A stretch of DNA of 64,000 nt from a virus, in IMG/VR virus record IMGVR_UViG_3300032116_000031, positions 1 through 64,000 of that record; one strand, given 5' to 3'. How positions within the stretch are numbered: the stretch's first letter is position 1; every line of letters starts with the position of its first letter. The position numbers and the translations under genes were made by a program. Below are positions 39,837 to 51,210 of the stretch, piece after piece. The notes under the pieces are model-generated. The model worked only from the letters and a program-made list of their open reading frames with translations. It had not been told where the DNA came from and searched no databases.

Positions 39837-40660
39837 TATAAATTTAATTTAAAATAATTGTTTCTGTATGTGGCTAAATCATCTAAGGTATTTACTTCAC
39901 CTAATATATAATGATTTTGAAACACATCATATCCTCCTCTATCTATATTTATACCATTTTCAATTTCAGCGATAGATGTTATGCCAATTAATTTATCATC
40001 TTTTACTAATTCTTCCAAAGAAGTATTATTTTCAGTCCATCCTTGCCCTTTTGCCTCGAAATCAACTCGATTTATAGGTATAAAAGAATCTGTTTTTTTA
40101 TCATATATTAACCTAGTTTCAACAAAAGACTCATGATATTTTACACCAGTACCTAAAACATATTGAGTTCCATCTGCTGCATTTATAACATAATTTATAA
40201 AAGAAGGTGTTTTTTGTAAAATTGCGCTATAACTATTTTCCTCTATGGAATAGTTAGTGTTTATTTGTGGTGCACCGTAATATTCTAATTCATCTAACCT
40301 AGAAGAAGTCTGACCTGTCAATATATAATTTCCAGTGGTCAAATAACTTTCCAAAGGGACACCGCTAATTCTAACTATCGGATCAGGGGTAGCAGTAGAC
40401 GTACTTGCAGATTGTATAAACTGATATTGGTCGTAGATACCTATATCTATATGAGTAGTAGTTAAAGGTATTGTGAAATATATGAAGTTAGTTTTAAATC
40501 TACCGTAATTAGGGTTCTCAACATATTTGGCATCAATATGTAAATCAGTTGCAGGTTTGCAATCTGTTTTATTTACTTTTAAATCCAAGGCATCATTTAT
40601 ATCACCACCGTTTCTATCTAAAAGTGATTCTAAGCTAACTTTCCTATGTAATAAGCGCAT
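39836..40660 (-). CDS. Probable structural protein
   Basis: 274 aa, coupled to neighbouring ORFs in the baseplate operon. Confidence 0.55.
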   Translation of the reverse strand: MRLLHRKVSLESLLDRNGGDINDALDLKVNKTDCKPATDLHIDAKYVENPNYGRFKTNFIYFTIPLTTTHIDIGIYDQYQFIQSASTSTATPDPIVRISGVPLESYLTTGNYILTGQTSSRLDELEYYGAPQINTNYSIEENSYSAILQKTPSFINYVINAADGTQYVLGTGVKYHESFVETRLIYDKKTDSFIPINRVDFEAKGQGWTENNTSLEELVKDDKLIGITSIAEIENGINIDRGGYDVFQNHYILGEVNTLDDLATYRNNYFKLNL

Positions 40661-41372
40661 ATAAATCTATTTTCAGGGTGTTTGCAATATATTGTAAGGT
40701 ATTACCATTCGTATCGAATACAAATTCCTTTCCTGTGAAATTAACTTTAACGTATTCATCTAAATTTGTAACAGTTGCATTTGTTAAATTTTTATATGGA
40801 TAGAATTTATAAGAAACGCCGTCCAACGCATTATTAAAATTAAAAGTAACATACAAAGAAAATGGAGAAATATATTCATTCTTAGGTAGATAAATATAAA
40901 AGCCTTCCGTTTCATTTATTGCAACAGTTGGATTTTTTATTTTAAAAACCATTGGAATATCGTTAGTTAAACTTGTCAAACCATAAATGTCTAATAAATT
41001 TGACCTCTGAACAAATATATCACTTTGAAACTGTAATGTTTGCTGTAATCTGTCAGGTGAATCGTAATAAAAGATATTTAAAAAAGAATATCTCAATCTG
41101 TTATAAAAATAAAACACATCTGACCCCGTAAAACCCATATCACCATAGGTCATAGGTACTCCTTCTTCTTTAAAAAGAGTAACTATAATTTCGTCTACCC
41201 CAGCAAACATGTATCTGGTTATTTCATAATCTTCTTGTTTAGGGATAGCTTTTAAGACCTGTTCTGTAACAAAAGACTCTGATATAGCCTCATCTTTATC
41301 TGCAACATCGAAAGACAAGTCTAACGGTATTATGAAATCAGTGTCTAATCTTTTTATTTTATATTTTAACAT
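40644..41372 (-). CDS. Probable structural protein
   Basis: 242 aa, overlapping neighbours in the baseplate operon. Confidence 0.55.
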   Translation of the reverse strand: MLKYKIKRLDTDFIIPLDLSFDVADKDEAISESFVTEQVLKAIPKQEDYEITRYMFAGVDEIIVTLFKEEGVPMTYGDMGFTGSDVFYFYNRLRYSFLNIFYYDSPDRLQQTLQFQSDIFVQRSNLLDIYGLTSLTNDIPMVFKIKNPTVAINETEGFYIYLPKNEYISPFSLYVTFNFNNALDGVSYKFYPYKNLTNATVTNLDEYVKVNFTGKEFVFDTNGNTLQYIANTLKIDLYALIT

Positions 41373-42883
41373 ATCTTTTCAACGTCTATTATTTTGCTAG
41401 GGGTTAAATCAATACAATTTCCAGCTATTAAAGCATTGCTTCCAATATCGTATCTATTACATGGATCCTGTCTTTTTATGAAGACATTGAAATTAGAATA
41501 AACGTAGTGATGCTTATTTAAAAATGGATACCCGTCAGTAATAGTTATATTTCTCCATTGCCTAATCCCATTAATATCTTCTGCGTAATCTGGTACTGTT
41601 ACTACTCCATCATCTTTAAATATTATATCTGATAGATCTCTTATTTGTTGTCTATAATGAGGTGTATAATAATAAGATTCGCATAATGTATTATCTAATC
41701 TGTTTTTTGTGTTGAAGATGTGGACGGCGAAATTTAACTCCGTTTCAAGCATAACCGACTTATTATATTCAACTATATTACCAAAAAAATACTCTTGGGT
41801 TGTAGTTAAAGTTTCAACAGGTAATAAAGTACCCCCTTGATAAACAGTATTGAAATCATAGTTGATATTAGAAATAGAAACATTAATTGCGCTTAAAGTT
41901 TCACCCCAAAAATCGCTATGTTTATTCTTGACTACCGTAACAAATAATTCAGTTAAAGGTCTATTCAAATTATCCACTAAACCTTCAATATTCACCCCTT
42001 CAGGATACACAAAAGAAACATTGGTGTCATTGTATATGTTTTTAGAGAAAGACGTTCTGAAGGCATCGTAGTCGCTAATTTCAGTTAATTTCTTATACCA
42101 TCTGGAATAATACTCCGATTCATAGTCCCCTATCACCTTTTTAAACCTGTATTTATCAGCTACTACATCTGTTATAAAATCTAATTTCTCATCAACAAAA
42201 AAAACATTCTTTTTATAACTGTTATCGTTGGTTCCAACTTGATAAACAGTGCATTTCTTTACAAAGCCATTCACATTGTAAATGTTGACGCTATCACCAG
42301 CAGCTAAATTGTGTGTCAGAGGGCAAGCAAAATAAGTTAACATTTTTCCATCGACCTCTGCATCAGCAGAACCCATTAAAGCAATCCCTTCTGAAATATC
42401 AATTCCATTAAATAGTAAAGGCTGCAAGTTTTTTTCAGCAGAATAGGTGACAAACAAACTCCATTCGTCTTTTTTTGTTAGATTAAATCTTTCTTTCTTT
42501 GGTTCTAATTCTGTTCTATTGCAAGGGGTTTCATTATCCTTATAATAAAACCAACCTTTGTCTTTAAACAATACTTGATCTAAAGTATATCTGTCTAAAC
42601 CTGTTTCAGGATCAAAATATTTAAAATCCTCCACTGATTCATAACCATTGACTCCATCGTAATTACATAAAATATTGGTGCCAACTAAAAATATATTTCC
42701 ATATATTCTGTAATCAAAAGATTTACTTCTTTCTTCTAAATAAACCTCATAATTAGATACCGTTTCCCTAATAACATCAATAGGCAATAAACTAGCATCC
42801 TGTTGTATATCTAAGTTTAGATGAGTATCTTCTTCAGAAGCTAAAAGAAATCTTTTTGAAGGTAATAAAAATTTATTTTCCAT
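41366..42883 (-). CDS. Probable structural protein
   Basis: 505 aa in the baseplate operon. Confidence 0.55.
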   Translation of the reverse strand: MENKFLLPSKRFLLASEEDTHLNLDIQQDASLLPIDVIRETVSNYEVYLEERSKSFDYRIYGNIFLVGTNILCNYDGVNGYESVEDFKYFDPETGLDRYTLDQVLFKDKGWFYYKDNETPCNRTELEPKKERFNLTKKDEWSLFVTYSAEKNLQPLLFNGIDISEGIALMGSADAEVDGKMLTYFACPLTHNLAAGDSVNIYNVNGFVKKCTVYQVGTNDNSYKKNVFFVDEKLDFITDVVADKYRFKKVIGDYESEYYSRWYKKLTEISDYDAFRTSFSKNIYNDTNVSFVYPEGVNIEGLVDNLNRPLTELFVTVVKNKHSDFWGETLSAINVSISNINYDFNTVYQGGTLLPVETLTTTQEYFFGNIVEYNKSVMLETELNFAVHIFNTKNRLDNTLCESYYYTPHYRQQIRDLSDIIFKDDGVVTVPDYAEDINGIRQWRNITITDGYPFLNKHHYVYSNFNVFIKRQDPCNRYDIGSNALIAGNCIDLTPSKIIDVEKIC

Positions 42884-45318
42884 TAATCACAGTCATTAAA
42901 ATATTTTTTCAATAAGTTATCTAAGGCATTATTACCTCTAACCAAACCAAAGTAAAAGTAATAGGGATGAATTCTTTTGTGTTGTTCATTTTGAGTGCAT
43001 GGCAAACACTCATCATAATTAAATTCAGCTACATTTTCTAATGTACCAGTATCATCATCGAATTCCCTAAAATAAGCTAAATCAAAACCATTGTTTGTGT
43101 AATTGTTATAATCAAAAACGTTATTAAAATACCTCCAGTTTTCGCAGAGATAACGCCTTAATTCAATATTTAATCTATTGTAACCAACAGGCTCGGTTCT
43201 ACCATTAGTATTAGGATCGTATTCTGGGAAATTATCAAAGTTGCCTTGCAATTCATAATTATTAAATTCAGAATACTCTTCTGTTGATATTTGACTCTTT
43301 AATTGTAGTGCGTTACGATTTACCCTATTAAGAATTACGCCTTCAACATTATATAGTAAGTCACCACCTTCATTTTCTTGATAAGTAGTAGGAGGGAAAT
43401 CTTTAATGATATAAGGTATATTATCAATATCACAAGATGACATTGATCCTAATTCCATAATATTAGTAGCCAACAAAAGTTTGCTTTTTTCTGAAGGATG
43501 TAAATGAACCCAAGTATCTAAATTAGCTTTAACGTCGTGGCGTGCAGCATAATAAAAGAAATCATCGTATTTAAAAATTAAACCCAAATCAACATCTTCT
43601 AATTTACCTGAACTTTTAAATGCGATAGATTCTTTAATTGAAGTTTTTCTACAAGTGTTTCTATAGTTTAGTGGATTATCACTACTTAAACCATCACAAT
43701 CAAAATCACAATACTCTTCCCATTTTTTTGAACCGTTAGTTGTTTTTGATTTATATGCGAACGCTGGAGCATACAAGGATCCAGAAACCCAATCATTATA
43801 AAATGAAAAATTAACCAAGCCCAACGCTTTCGCTAAATTGTTTTTTTGGCAATCGGCCCATGCTTCGGGTTCTAATTCTTCACCGTTACATTCTAACGTA
43901 ATGTCATCAATTAAAAGAAGATTTATTCCTTTAACTATCGTAGAAAATAAACTAATAAAAGCGCTTAAAGTAGCATACAATGGAGATTGTCTAAATTCTA
44001 CTCTATTATATGGGAATGGATAATTAGAATCACATTGATCAATATCCTTTATTGAGATATTATTAAAATTACCTTTTGCGTAATTAGGGATATATTGTGA
44101 TACGGTGTATATTTTTTTCCAAGAAACCTCAAAAAAATCATCATCGTGTGTTTCAGTACCAAATTGAAAACGATTGTAAAGGTTAGGTATCAAAAAAGTA
44201 CCTGCTCTTGAAACACCTTTAAAGAATTTGTAATTAAAATTATCGCTACTAATCCTAAACCTAACTTTTGAAGTGGTAGGTAAACCTTTACTCGGATCTG
44301 AACTTAATACAATATTCCCTAATTCATCAGTTATTACCCTTGTCATATTCATAGGGATTAAAGTAGTAAAATTACCGCTTTCATCTATTTCACTATTAAT
44401 AGGAAAATATTCTACTCCATCAATGAAATCAGAAACTTTCCTAATCATTTCTATATTCCCTTTACTTGGTTTTAAGGAACAATTATTCCCAACCCTAGCA
44501 CTAGGTTTACATCTTCTATTGATTCTCTTACCCTCATCGTCTGTAAAAATAGCACCAAAGAATGTTGCATGAGGTGTTATATCAATAGGTAAGTTAAAAT
44601 TTAATTGTGTTATTCCAATTTCATTTATTGTCCTATCACCCCAAAAAGGTATAATATTAACGGATTGATTCAATGACTGAACTTGAGGTAAAGAATCCAA
44701 ATCTTTACCCTGTTTAAATTTATTAAATGAATTGAAATAGTTAGGAGAAACCCCTTGGGCAATTAAATCATAAGGTCTTAATGATACGAAACCAATGTCG
44801 CTTAAATCAACATCTAAATGAATGTTTTGAGAACCGATAGGTATTCCAACAATCATATAATCACCGCTGATATTCGTTACGGTGTTATATTTATAATATT
44901 TTTCATAAACCTCAATCCAAATCTCGTTATCTAATATCTCATTTTTTTCTGGGAAAGTTCCTATTGGAGTATGGCAACCAGCCTGTTTTTCTTTTGGTAA
45001 TAAATTATACCTAACACCGTCTGGTCCTTTATCATACGGTGTTTTAAAATCATAAAAAGATTTTAATAGAACGTTTGAATCATCTTCTTCGGTAATAGGT
45101 ATAAATACTGATATTTTTGCATTAGGAATCCCGAATCCTCCGTTAGTCGTGACCCTACCAACTAATACTCCATAGTTTGCATCGTGTAATCTATATACTT
45201 CATCAGAATTTAATTTTAAAGAAAGGACTTCTAAAAAATCAAATTTTTGAGATAGGTTTACAACTAAATTAGTGTTTTCTGCTTCGAGGTTCGCTCTTAT
45301 TCTAACGGATTTTTCCAT
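42883..45318 (-). CDS. Probable structural protein with carboxypeptidase-regulatory-like (transthyretin-like) N-domain
   Basis: GRV...G.GIPNAKISV...T.TN..GDY.I.GIP.G pattern; 811 aa. Confidence 0.55.
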   Translation of the reverse strand: MEKSVRIRANLEAENTNLVVNLSQKFDFLEVLSLKLNSDEVYRLHDANYGVLVGRVTTNGGFGIPNAKISVFIPITEEDDSNVLLKSFYDFKTPYDKGPDGVRYNLLPKEKQAGCHTPIGTFPEKNEILDNEIWIEVYEKYYKYNTVTNISGDYMIVGIPIGSQNIHLDVDLSDIGFVSLRPYDLIAQGVSPNYFNSFNKFKQGKDLDSLPQVQSLNQSVNIIPFWGDRTINEIGITQLNFNLPIDITPHATFFGAIFTDDEGKRINRRCKPSARVGNNCSLKPSKGNIEMIRKVSDFIDGVEYFPINSEIDESGNFTTLIPMNMTRVITDELGNIVLSSDPSKGLPTTSKVRFRISSDNFNYKFFKGVSRAGTFLIPNLYNRFQFGTETHDDDFFEVSWKKIYTVSQYIPNYAKGNFNNISIKDIDQCDSNYPFPYNRVEFRQSPLYATLSAFISLFSTIVKGINLLLIDDITLECNGEELEPEAWADCQKNNLAKALGLVNFSFYNDWVSGSLYAPAFAYKSKTTNGSKKWEEYCDFDCDGLSSDNPLNYRNTCRKTSIKESIAFKSSGKLEDVDLGLIFKYDDFFYYAARHDVKANLDTWVHLHPSEKSKLLLATNIMELGSMSSCDIDNIPYIIKDFPPTTYQENEGGDLLYNVEGVILNRVNRNALQLKSQISTEEYSEFNNYELQGNFDNFPEYDPNTNGRTEPVGYNRLNIELRRYLCENWRYFNNVFDYNNYTNNGFDLAYFREFDDDTGTLENVAEFNYDECLPCTQNEQHKRIHPYYFYFGLVRGNNALDNLLKKYFNDCD

Positions 45319-45356
45319 ATATGTTAAATATATGAAAAAGTAAAACAGTTTTATCC

Positions 45357-47174
45357 TTAGAAGGCAAAATTAATCTTTATATCTGTTTCAGGGAATTTAA
45401 TTTCATATATTTCATCGTATTCCACGAACAAAGTTTGGTGAAGGCTTAAATCTATTTCCTTTGTAGTCGCATCCACGAAAGGCATTGAAGTTTGATTCAA
45501 TGAGTAATTACCGCCTACTTTATTAAAGATTCTTATAGATGTAACATTTAATACATTACCTATGTTATTTAGGGATTCTATTAAATCAGATAGGTATATG
45601 TTATTTCCAAAATAATTCTGTGTAGAGAAGTAGGATGTTATTTGTTGGACGGCGTTTCTTAAAATTTCTACTTTATCTGAAGTCTTAGTTACATATAAAG
45701 TTATATCAAATCCTATATTAATAATCTTTCCATCCCTAACTAAAATATAATCATTTATTGATCTATATTTTGACAAGTAACTAGCTATATTCTCTTTTAA
45801 GGTAGTTGTAGATTCATTCGTTAATTTTGAATTTTCATCTATACCGCAAATAACAACTTCAATTTTATTATCTAACTTCGCAACAGATGTACGGTATGGG
45901 GCACCGAAATTACCAGACATTAAATTTATTCTGTTATAATAATCTTCCAACGTGATACATCTATTTTGAGCTGAAAAATTAAACTTAATTAGATTTCTTA
46001 ATTCTTCAATGGTTAATTGATCCTTACCCCCAAGTGCAGGTAAAGGATTATTAACTTTAACAGATGCCTTAACCAAGGCGTTTTTAGTTTGATTTGTTCC
46101 ATTAACAATAATGTTAATGTTATTAACGGTATTTAAAACATTTGCACCGATATTCGTTCTAAGACCTCCACCTGTCCTATATTGTATGAATAAAGTGGTA
46201 TTTGTTCTGGGGATTGAACCTAAGCTATTATTATTAATTTCGCCGTCCAACTGCTTAAACAACAAATCATTATTAGCTACATAATCCGAAAAGAAAGAAG
46301 TATCTTGACTTCCATTTCCAAATCTAACAAAACAATACCCTTTATCAGTATATTCAGTCATATACTTATTATAAACAGTCTTCCATTCTCCCACCTTAAT
46401 AGCTGAATTATCAGAAAGAGCTTGTGGTTTCTCAATAAAAACTTGTTTTTCAGCTAAACTGTCTACTTGATACCATTTATTGCTTTCTGTTTCCCATTCA
46501 ACAAGCGTAGGCAATCTACTATAATCAGTGCCATCTAAACTTATTACCCTATCAATAGATATAACATCATTATCAGGTAAAGCTATTTCTAAGAAAGGAA
46601 CTGTATCGCTTGACGTTATTACCTTTTTATAAAATTTAGTAACACCATTAGATACTATCTCTCTTTTTGTGATAGTGTAAGAAACTATATTTCCTGTTGA
46701 ATCAATATTAGGTACAACAGTTCTATTTGGAACACCTGTCTGTGAGAAAGGAGAAGCAAAGTCAACATCATTCAATGTTTCAAAAATTAAGTTTGCTCCT
46801 GTTATTTGTGCGCCTCTTACAATAATAGGGCAATATTGTAAATCAAAACTATTACCGCTTACAGGTAAATCAACTGAAATATCACAAATGGTGATAGACG
46901 GTGACTTAGAAGTGATTTTTAAACCGAAGGTTCTGGCGATAGCATATAAAGAACGTCTTTCTTGAGCATAATCGATATTGTTTTCCTGATACGCTCTATC
47001 CGTATTAAAAGATAACATATCACCCACAGCCGCATTTAACTCTATTAGCATCATGCCTATGCTAGCATCATTAAAATCAACATAATAATCAGGGTAATTA
47101 TTTTTTACAAACGTAACTAACTCATTCCTGATTGAGCGAAAATCTCGGCTATAATAGTTTATCTTTTTTTCCAT
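45357..47174 (-). CDS. Baseplate wedge protein (T4 gp6/baseplate-J-like)
   Basis: INY.SRDF.SIR.EL, D.LSF..D....E, GG.D...IEE.R and AQNRC.T.EDY motifs; indicates a contractile tail. Confidence 0.85.
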   Translation of the reverse strand: MEKKINYYSRDFRSIRNELVTFVKNNYPDYYVDFNDASIGMMLIELNAAVGDMLSFNTDRAYQENNIDYAQERRSLYAIARTFGLKITSKSPSITICDISVDLPVSGNSFDLQYCPIIVRGAQITGANLIFETLNDVDFASPFSQTGVPNRTVVPNIDSTGNIVSYTITKREIVSNGVTKFYKKVITSSDTVPFLEIALPDNDVISIDRVISLDGTDYSRLPTLVEWETESNKWYQVDSLAEKQVFIEKPQALSDNSAIKVGEWKTVYNKYMTEYTDKGYCFVRFGNGSQDTSFFSDYVANNDLLFKQLDGEINNNSLGSIPRTNTTLFIQYRTGGGLRTNIGANVLNTVNNINIIVNGTNQTKNALVKASVKVNNPLPALGGKDQLTIEELRNLIKFNFSAQNRCITLEDYYNRINLMSGNFGAPYRTSVAKLDNKIEVVICGIDENSKLTNESTTTLKENIASYLSKYRSINDYILVRDGKIINIGFDITLYVTKTSDKVEILRNAVQQITSYFSTQNYFGNNIYLSDLIESLNNIGNVLNVTSIRIFNKVGGNYSLNQTSMPFVDATTKEIDLSLHQTLFVEYDEIYEIKFPETDIKINFAF

Positions 47175-47238
47175 TTTTTATTAATATTCAAATAAATATT
47201 AAAAATAAGAATTTTTTCACCTTTTTAAATAATATCAC

Positions 47239-47246
47239 TATATTTG
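47239..47246 (+). promoter_or_regulatory. Bacteroidota-type -7 promoter element TATATTTG
   Basis: TAnnTTTG 24 bp upstream of the ATG at 47271. Confidence 0.55.
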
Positions 47247-47270
47247 CAGTTAAATTAAATATTTGTAAAT

Positions 47271-47762
47271 ATGGAATTAGATTACAGTAAATTTTTAACG
47301 CTAGGTAAAGAAATCGAAGAAAGGTTCAGATACAATTTCAATAGATTTCTTATAACTAGCTCATTAGAGGACCAGAAAGGTGTTGACTTAACTTTAAATC
47401 TTACTTTTGATGTAAAGAAAGCTAGAAAGATTAGAAGAAAAGACGATAATGTATCCTATGATAAAATGTGGATAGAATATAAAAACGTCTACGGTAAAAA
47501 GGGATCAATATGTAAAAAGAATTTAGATTTTTTTATAATTGAATCCGAAAACAGTTGGTTAGTTAAAAGCAGAAAGGACGCATACGAATTATTCGTTGAA
47601 CAAGCCAAAGGAAAAGAATTAAAATACTTAGATAGCAAAGTAGAAGTTGAATTATATCAACCATACCGAAGATTAGGTAGAGAAGATGTAATTATGTTAG
47701 TTGAAATGAATAACCCTAAATGGCCGACCGTAATGGATATTCCTAAAGGATTACCCAGTTAA
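47271..47762 (+). CDS. Putative PD-(D/E)xK (restriction-endonuclease-fold) nuclease
   Basis: G...E..F, D..GVD, FDVK and WIE.KNV.G..G pattern; antisense to the surrounding structural genes. Confidence 0.5.
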   Translation: MELDYSKFLTLGKEIEERFRYNFNRFLITSSLEDQKGVDLTLNLTFDVKKARKIRRKDDNVSYDKMWIEYKNVYGKKGSICKKNLDFFIIESENSWLVKSRKDAYELFVEQAKGKELKYLDSKVEVELYQPYRRLGREDVIMLVEMNNPKWPTVMDIPKGLPS

Positions 47763-48974
47763 AACATTCTTATTAAGAATACGCTGCAAATCGAAATTTA
47801 ATAGCTTCAGGAGATTTTCTTCTCTTACCGCTACCATAGCGTGTTCAGGGTGAATATGTGTTGCCAACACATCCCTCATTAAACTTAATAGCTCAACAAG
47901 GCGATCACCGTAAGGTATTGGATGGCCTTTTTCAGCTAAATTAACAATATCTGCATCTGTAACTAAATCAGGTTGTTTCTTTAAATCAAATTCATTGTTT
48001 AAATGACTAACCAGAAATATTTTATCAGATACAGTTAAAGAAGTTGAAAAATCCAAATACTTTTCAACTAATATATTTTCCTCCCTATTCGTATCTAACG
48101 GTGTTGGAGGATATAATTTAGGTAAAGCAGCTAAAGATGGATCTGTAGAAGTTAGTTTCCACAAAGGATATGTTGACTGTAAAGTTAATAATTGTGATTT
48201 AATCTCTACTACTAATTCATCTTTACTGCTTTTAGTATATCTAGTCGAAGATATTACTTTAATATTTGTAAGATTTGATATGTCTTTAACTATTATTGTC
48301 GCAGCAAAATCGCTTATGAACTGCACCACGAATTCAATTGTAGGATTCTTAAATGTTTTTACATTAAGGTTTTTCTTTTCTACCTTTTTATCTTTTTTCT
48401 CTGGAAAGCTTAATAACTGATACGATGGATTTACTTTATTAAATTTTAAGGGATTATTAAGCTCATGCCCACCTACCCTCAAAAGTAATTGTCTTTCCTT
48501 TAAGAATATATTAACATTATTTCTACCGTTAATTGAAATTTCATCTTTCTTTGCAAAAATACCTTTACTTTCAGCAATAGTAGAAGATTTCTTTGGATAC
48601 TTCAATATACCATCAGGATAATGCCTGTTACTTTCGTAGGCAAAGTCTTGATTTTCTATATTGTATACATTTGAATGTACTACACTGATCCAATATCTTA
48701 TATCTTTACTGTTGTAATTAGAAGTATTATAAACATTCCTAAACATTAAAGTTACTCTTTCACCTACTTTTGGTAGTATTCTGAAGAAGGAAAAATTAAA
48801 TAAAGGGAAACATAAAGGTAAGTCTTCGTCATTTAAAGCAGTGTCTATCTCTTTAATCCTAACCCTAATTATACCATTCTCTTCGCCGTCCAACAAACTA
48901 ACGACTTCCCCTTCAAATATATTTTTACTATAAAAAATATCCGAACGACTACTACTAAATTCAGATGAAAACAT
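47751..48974 (-). CDS. Baseplate hub/spike protein (gp5/VgrG/gpV-like)
   Basis: N-terminal OB-fold G.V....D....G.IRVR...LPKVGE.V, and C-terminal HxH metal-binding tip (THIHP). Confidence 0.7.
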   Translation of the reverse strand: MFSSEFSSSRSDIFYSKNIFEGEVVSLLDGEENGIIRVRIKEIDTALNDEDLPLCFPLFNFSFFRILPKVGERVTLMFRNVYNTSNYNSKDIRYWISVVHSNVYNIENQDFAYESNRHYPDGILKYPKKSSTIAESKGIFAKKDEISINGRNNVNIFLKERQLLLRVGGHELNNPLKFNKVNPSYQLLSFPEKKDKKVEKKNLNVKTFKNPTIEFVVQFISDFAATIIVKDISNLTNIKVISSTRYTKSSKDELVVEIKSQLLTLQSTYPLWKLTSTDPSLAALPKLYPPTPLDTNREENILVEKYLDFSTSLTVSDKIFLVSHLNNEFDLKKQPDLVTDADIVNLAEKGHPIPYGDRLVELLSLMRDVLATHIHPEHAMVAVREENLLKLLNFDLQRILNKNVLTG

Positions 48975-48980
48975 AATTCT

Positions 48981-49448
48981 TTAATTTAATTTTTTATAAT
49001 CAGGGTATTTCTCTAAGTCTGCTGCACTAACAGCAAGGTAAGGATTGTTATCTTTTACCAAAATAAAAAAGGGCTCCCTATAATCCTTATACTCATAATA
49101 ATACAAACCTTTCGGAACATCAGATGATCTAAGGTATCTTAAAGTACTTCTAAAGTTTATTAAATCTTCTACTTGGAAACAATTATCAGACTTTACAGTT
49201 TTCTTCATGAAAGTAGTAGTAACTGCCGAATTTCTAACGATAGCTACAAGATATTCATTCATCTTTCTGATAAAAAACAAATTTACAACAAAATTACCTT
49301 TAGGAAATCTAGTGTATTTTAAAGTTTCAACTCTTTTACCAACAGCATCATTTAGTTTCTGACCTAATTCTTTACCAATCAATCTTTCTAAATAACGTTC
49401 ATCAAAGTGAAATGTTGTAAACGCTTCGGATATTAGTACTTTTTTCAT
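48981..49448 (-). CDS. Hypothetical protein
   Basis: 155 aa, preceded by TATTTAT. Confidence 0.6.
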   Translation of the reverse strand: MKKVLISEAFTTFHFDERYLERLIGKELGQKLNDAVGKRVETLKYTRFPKGNFVVNLFFIRKMNEYLVAIVRNSAVTTTFMKKTVKSDNCFQVEDLINFRSTLRYLRSSDVPKGLYYYEYKDYREPFFILVKDNNPYLAVSAADLEKYPDYKKLN

Positions 49449-49461
49449 AAAAATAAATATT

Positions 49462-49869
49462 CTATTGAATTATTCCTTTACCTATCGCATAACTAGTTGT
49501 TGTACCTTGACTTACCACAGGAACACCCAAGGCAACTCCTGTTGTAGTAACAGGTACACCAGCGGGAATTACTACTGTTACTTTCGCATTTTTGATGATA
49601 TGTTCTACAATTGTTTCTACAATAATATATAAGCCTTTATCATTTAAGGATTCGCTTCCATCAGGTAATAATCCAACAGGTAATCCTAATTTTTGTCTTT
49701 TGTTTAATATTTCTTTTGTAATATCCCTAACCGATAACCCCTTCTTATTATCTGCTCCAAGCAAAATAAGCGGAGCAGGTATGTTAGCTGGCTTGCTAAT
49801 ACCTTTATCTAATAATGAATTCAAAAATTTTATTAATTCATTAATATCACTGAAATCTACGTTCTCCAT
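49462..49869 (-). CDS. Probable structural (baseplate/spike-associated) protein
   Basis: 135 aa with a beta-rich C-terminus ending GKGIIQ. Confidence 0.55.
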   Translation of the reverse strand: MENVDFSDINELIKFLNSLLDKGISKPANIPAPLILLGADNKKGLSVRDITKEILNKRQKLGLPVGLLPDGSESLNDKGLYIIVETIVEHIIKNAKVTVVIPAGVPVTTTGVALGVPVVSQGTTTSYAIGKGIIQ

Positions 49870-51185
49870 TATATTATTGATAATAATGATCTAATTTGTA
49901 GTATTTGTAATCTAAGTTGTTCCTGTTCTTTTTTGATATTGTTTTCTTGGATAATATCATTTAGTTCTCTAATTATGATAACAACCAAATATCTAATTAC
50001 AGCCTGAATAATTCTTTTCTTTATAATATCAAATAAGAATTTTCTATGCTCCTTAAAGAAATCTTTGAAATCAGAGCCAATATTCACATTAACTGACATC
50101 AAAGCAAACATTCTGATAAAGAGAATGTTCTTAGGTGTTAATATATTTCGAGTAATAGATTTAATTACCGTTTTGAAAAATAACTTAAATAACGTGTCAG
50201 CATACGTTTGCTTATCCGAAGGTAATACCATACCTGAAGTTTGATTAACAAGATAATCAAAGTTGATAGTATAAATTTCTTCATTATATTGAGATACATT
50301 AATTAAATCTGTTACAAATGATTGTAGTAAATCGTAATCATAGCTAACATAATTTACTTCGCAATCTATGAACTCATAATACCCATCTTTCCTCTTCTCC
50401 ACTCTATCGTTTACTTCTTCGGTATCAAAGGTGAAAAAGGAATCATCTACATTAAAGCTGTCTGTTATTCTTTCTAAAATTATCTCTAATTCAACTTGAT
50501 TGTTTAAATTCTTTTTAGAAAAGTTAGCTAGCGTATTCTTTAATTTAGAAGTTAATACCCCAAAATTAGTATCTATTAAATCCGAAACCACAACTATATT
50601 ATCGAAGAACACAGTATTATTCATGTATAGGGTAACAAAATCATATATTGTTTTCCCTTGTAATGAATCATCTAATTTAACATAAAGATCTTGGTTAAGG
50701 TATTTTATGACTAAAATTGATTTCCAATTATATTCTATACCTTGATTATTGATAGCCTGATAAATTAGTTTATCGAGATTATCAGGATAATCAACATAAT
50801 AACTTTTACCTTCTGGGCTATCTGGATCAATTTTCAATAATCCAAAGAAATCTAACTCTGTGATTTTAAAAATTTTAAATTGAAAGAAATGTGAAGGTAT
50901 TAATGTATCTGTTTTACATTGATAATATTTGACTATATTTTCTTTGAAATACTTAAATAAATCGTCATTTAAAAGTTTTAATTCTGAAATTAAGAACTTT
51001 ATGAATTCGGATTTTGCTTTATTACCTCCAAACAATAATACAAATAAATCCAAGATGAAATCCAAGGGGTTTTCTCTGGATACTGATGATAAAGAATCAA
51101 AAGAGATTATCTTTGAAAAAGCTTCATTCGTAGCCTTCAAATTTTCAATTTTTTGAAGCAGGTCCTTTTTAAAGTTTACTGGCAT
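49869..51185 (-). CDS. Hypothetical protein
   Basis: 438-aa ORF. Confidence 0.7.
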   Translation of the reverse strand: MPVNFKKDLLQKIENLKATNEAFSKIISFDSLSSVSRENPLDFILDLFVLLFGGNKAKSEFIKFLISELKLLNDDLFKYFKENIVKYYQCKTDTLIPSHFFQFKIFKITELDFFGLLKIDPDSPEGKSYYVDYPDNLDKLIYQAINNQGIEYNWKSILVIKYLNQDLYVKLDDSLQGKTIYDFVTLYMNNTVFFDNIVVVSDLIDTNFGVLTSKLKNTLANFSKKNLNNQVELEIILERITDSFNVDDSFFTFDTEEVNDRVEKRKDGYYEFIDCEVNYVSYDYDLLQSFVTDLINVSQYNEEIYTINFDYLVNQTSGMVLPSDKQTYADTLFKLFFKTVIKSITRNILTPKNILFIRMFALMSVNVNIGSDFKDFFKEHRKFLFDIIKKRIIQAVIRYLVVIIIRELNDIIQENNIKKEQEQLRLQILQIRSLLSII

Positions 51186-51210
51186 TTTATTTCAAAGATA
51201 ATCCCTTTAT

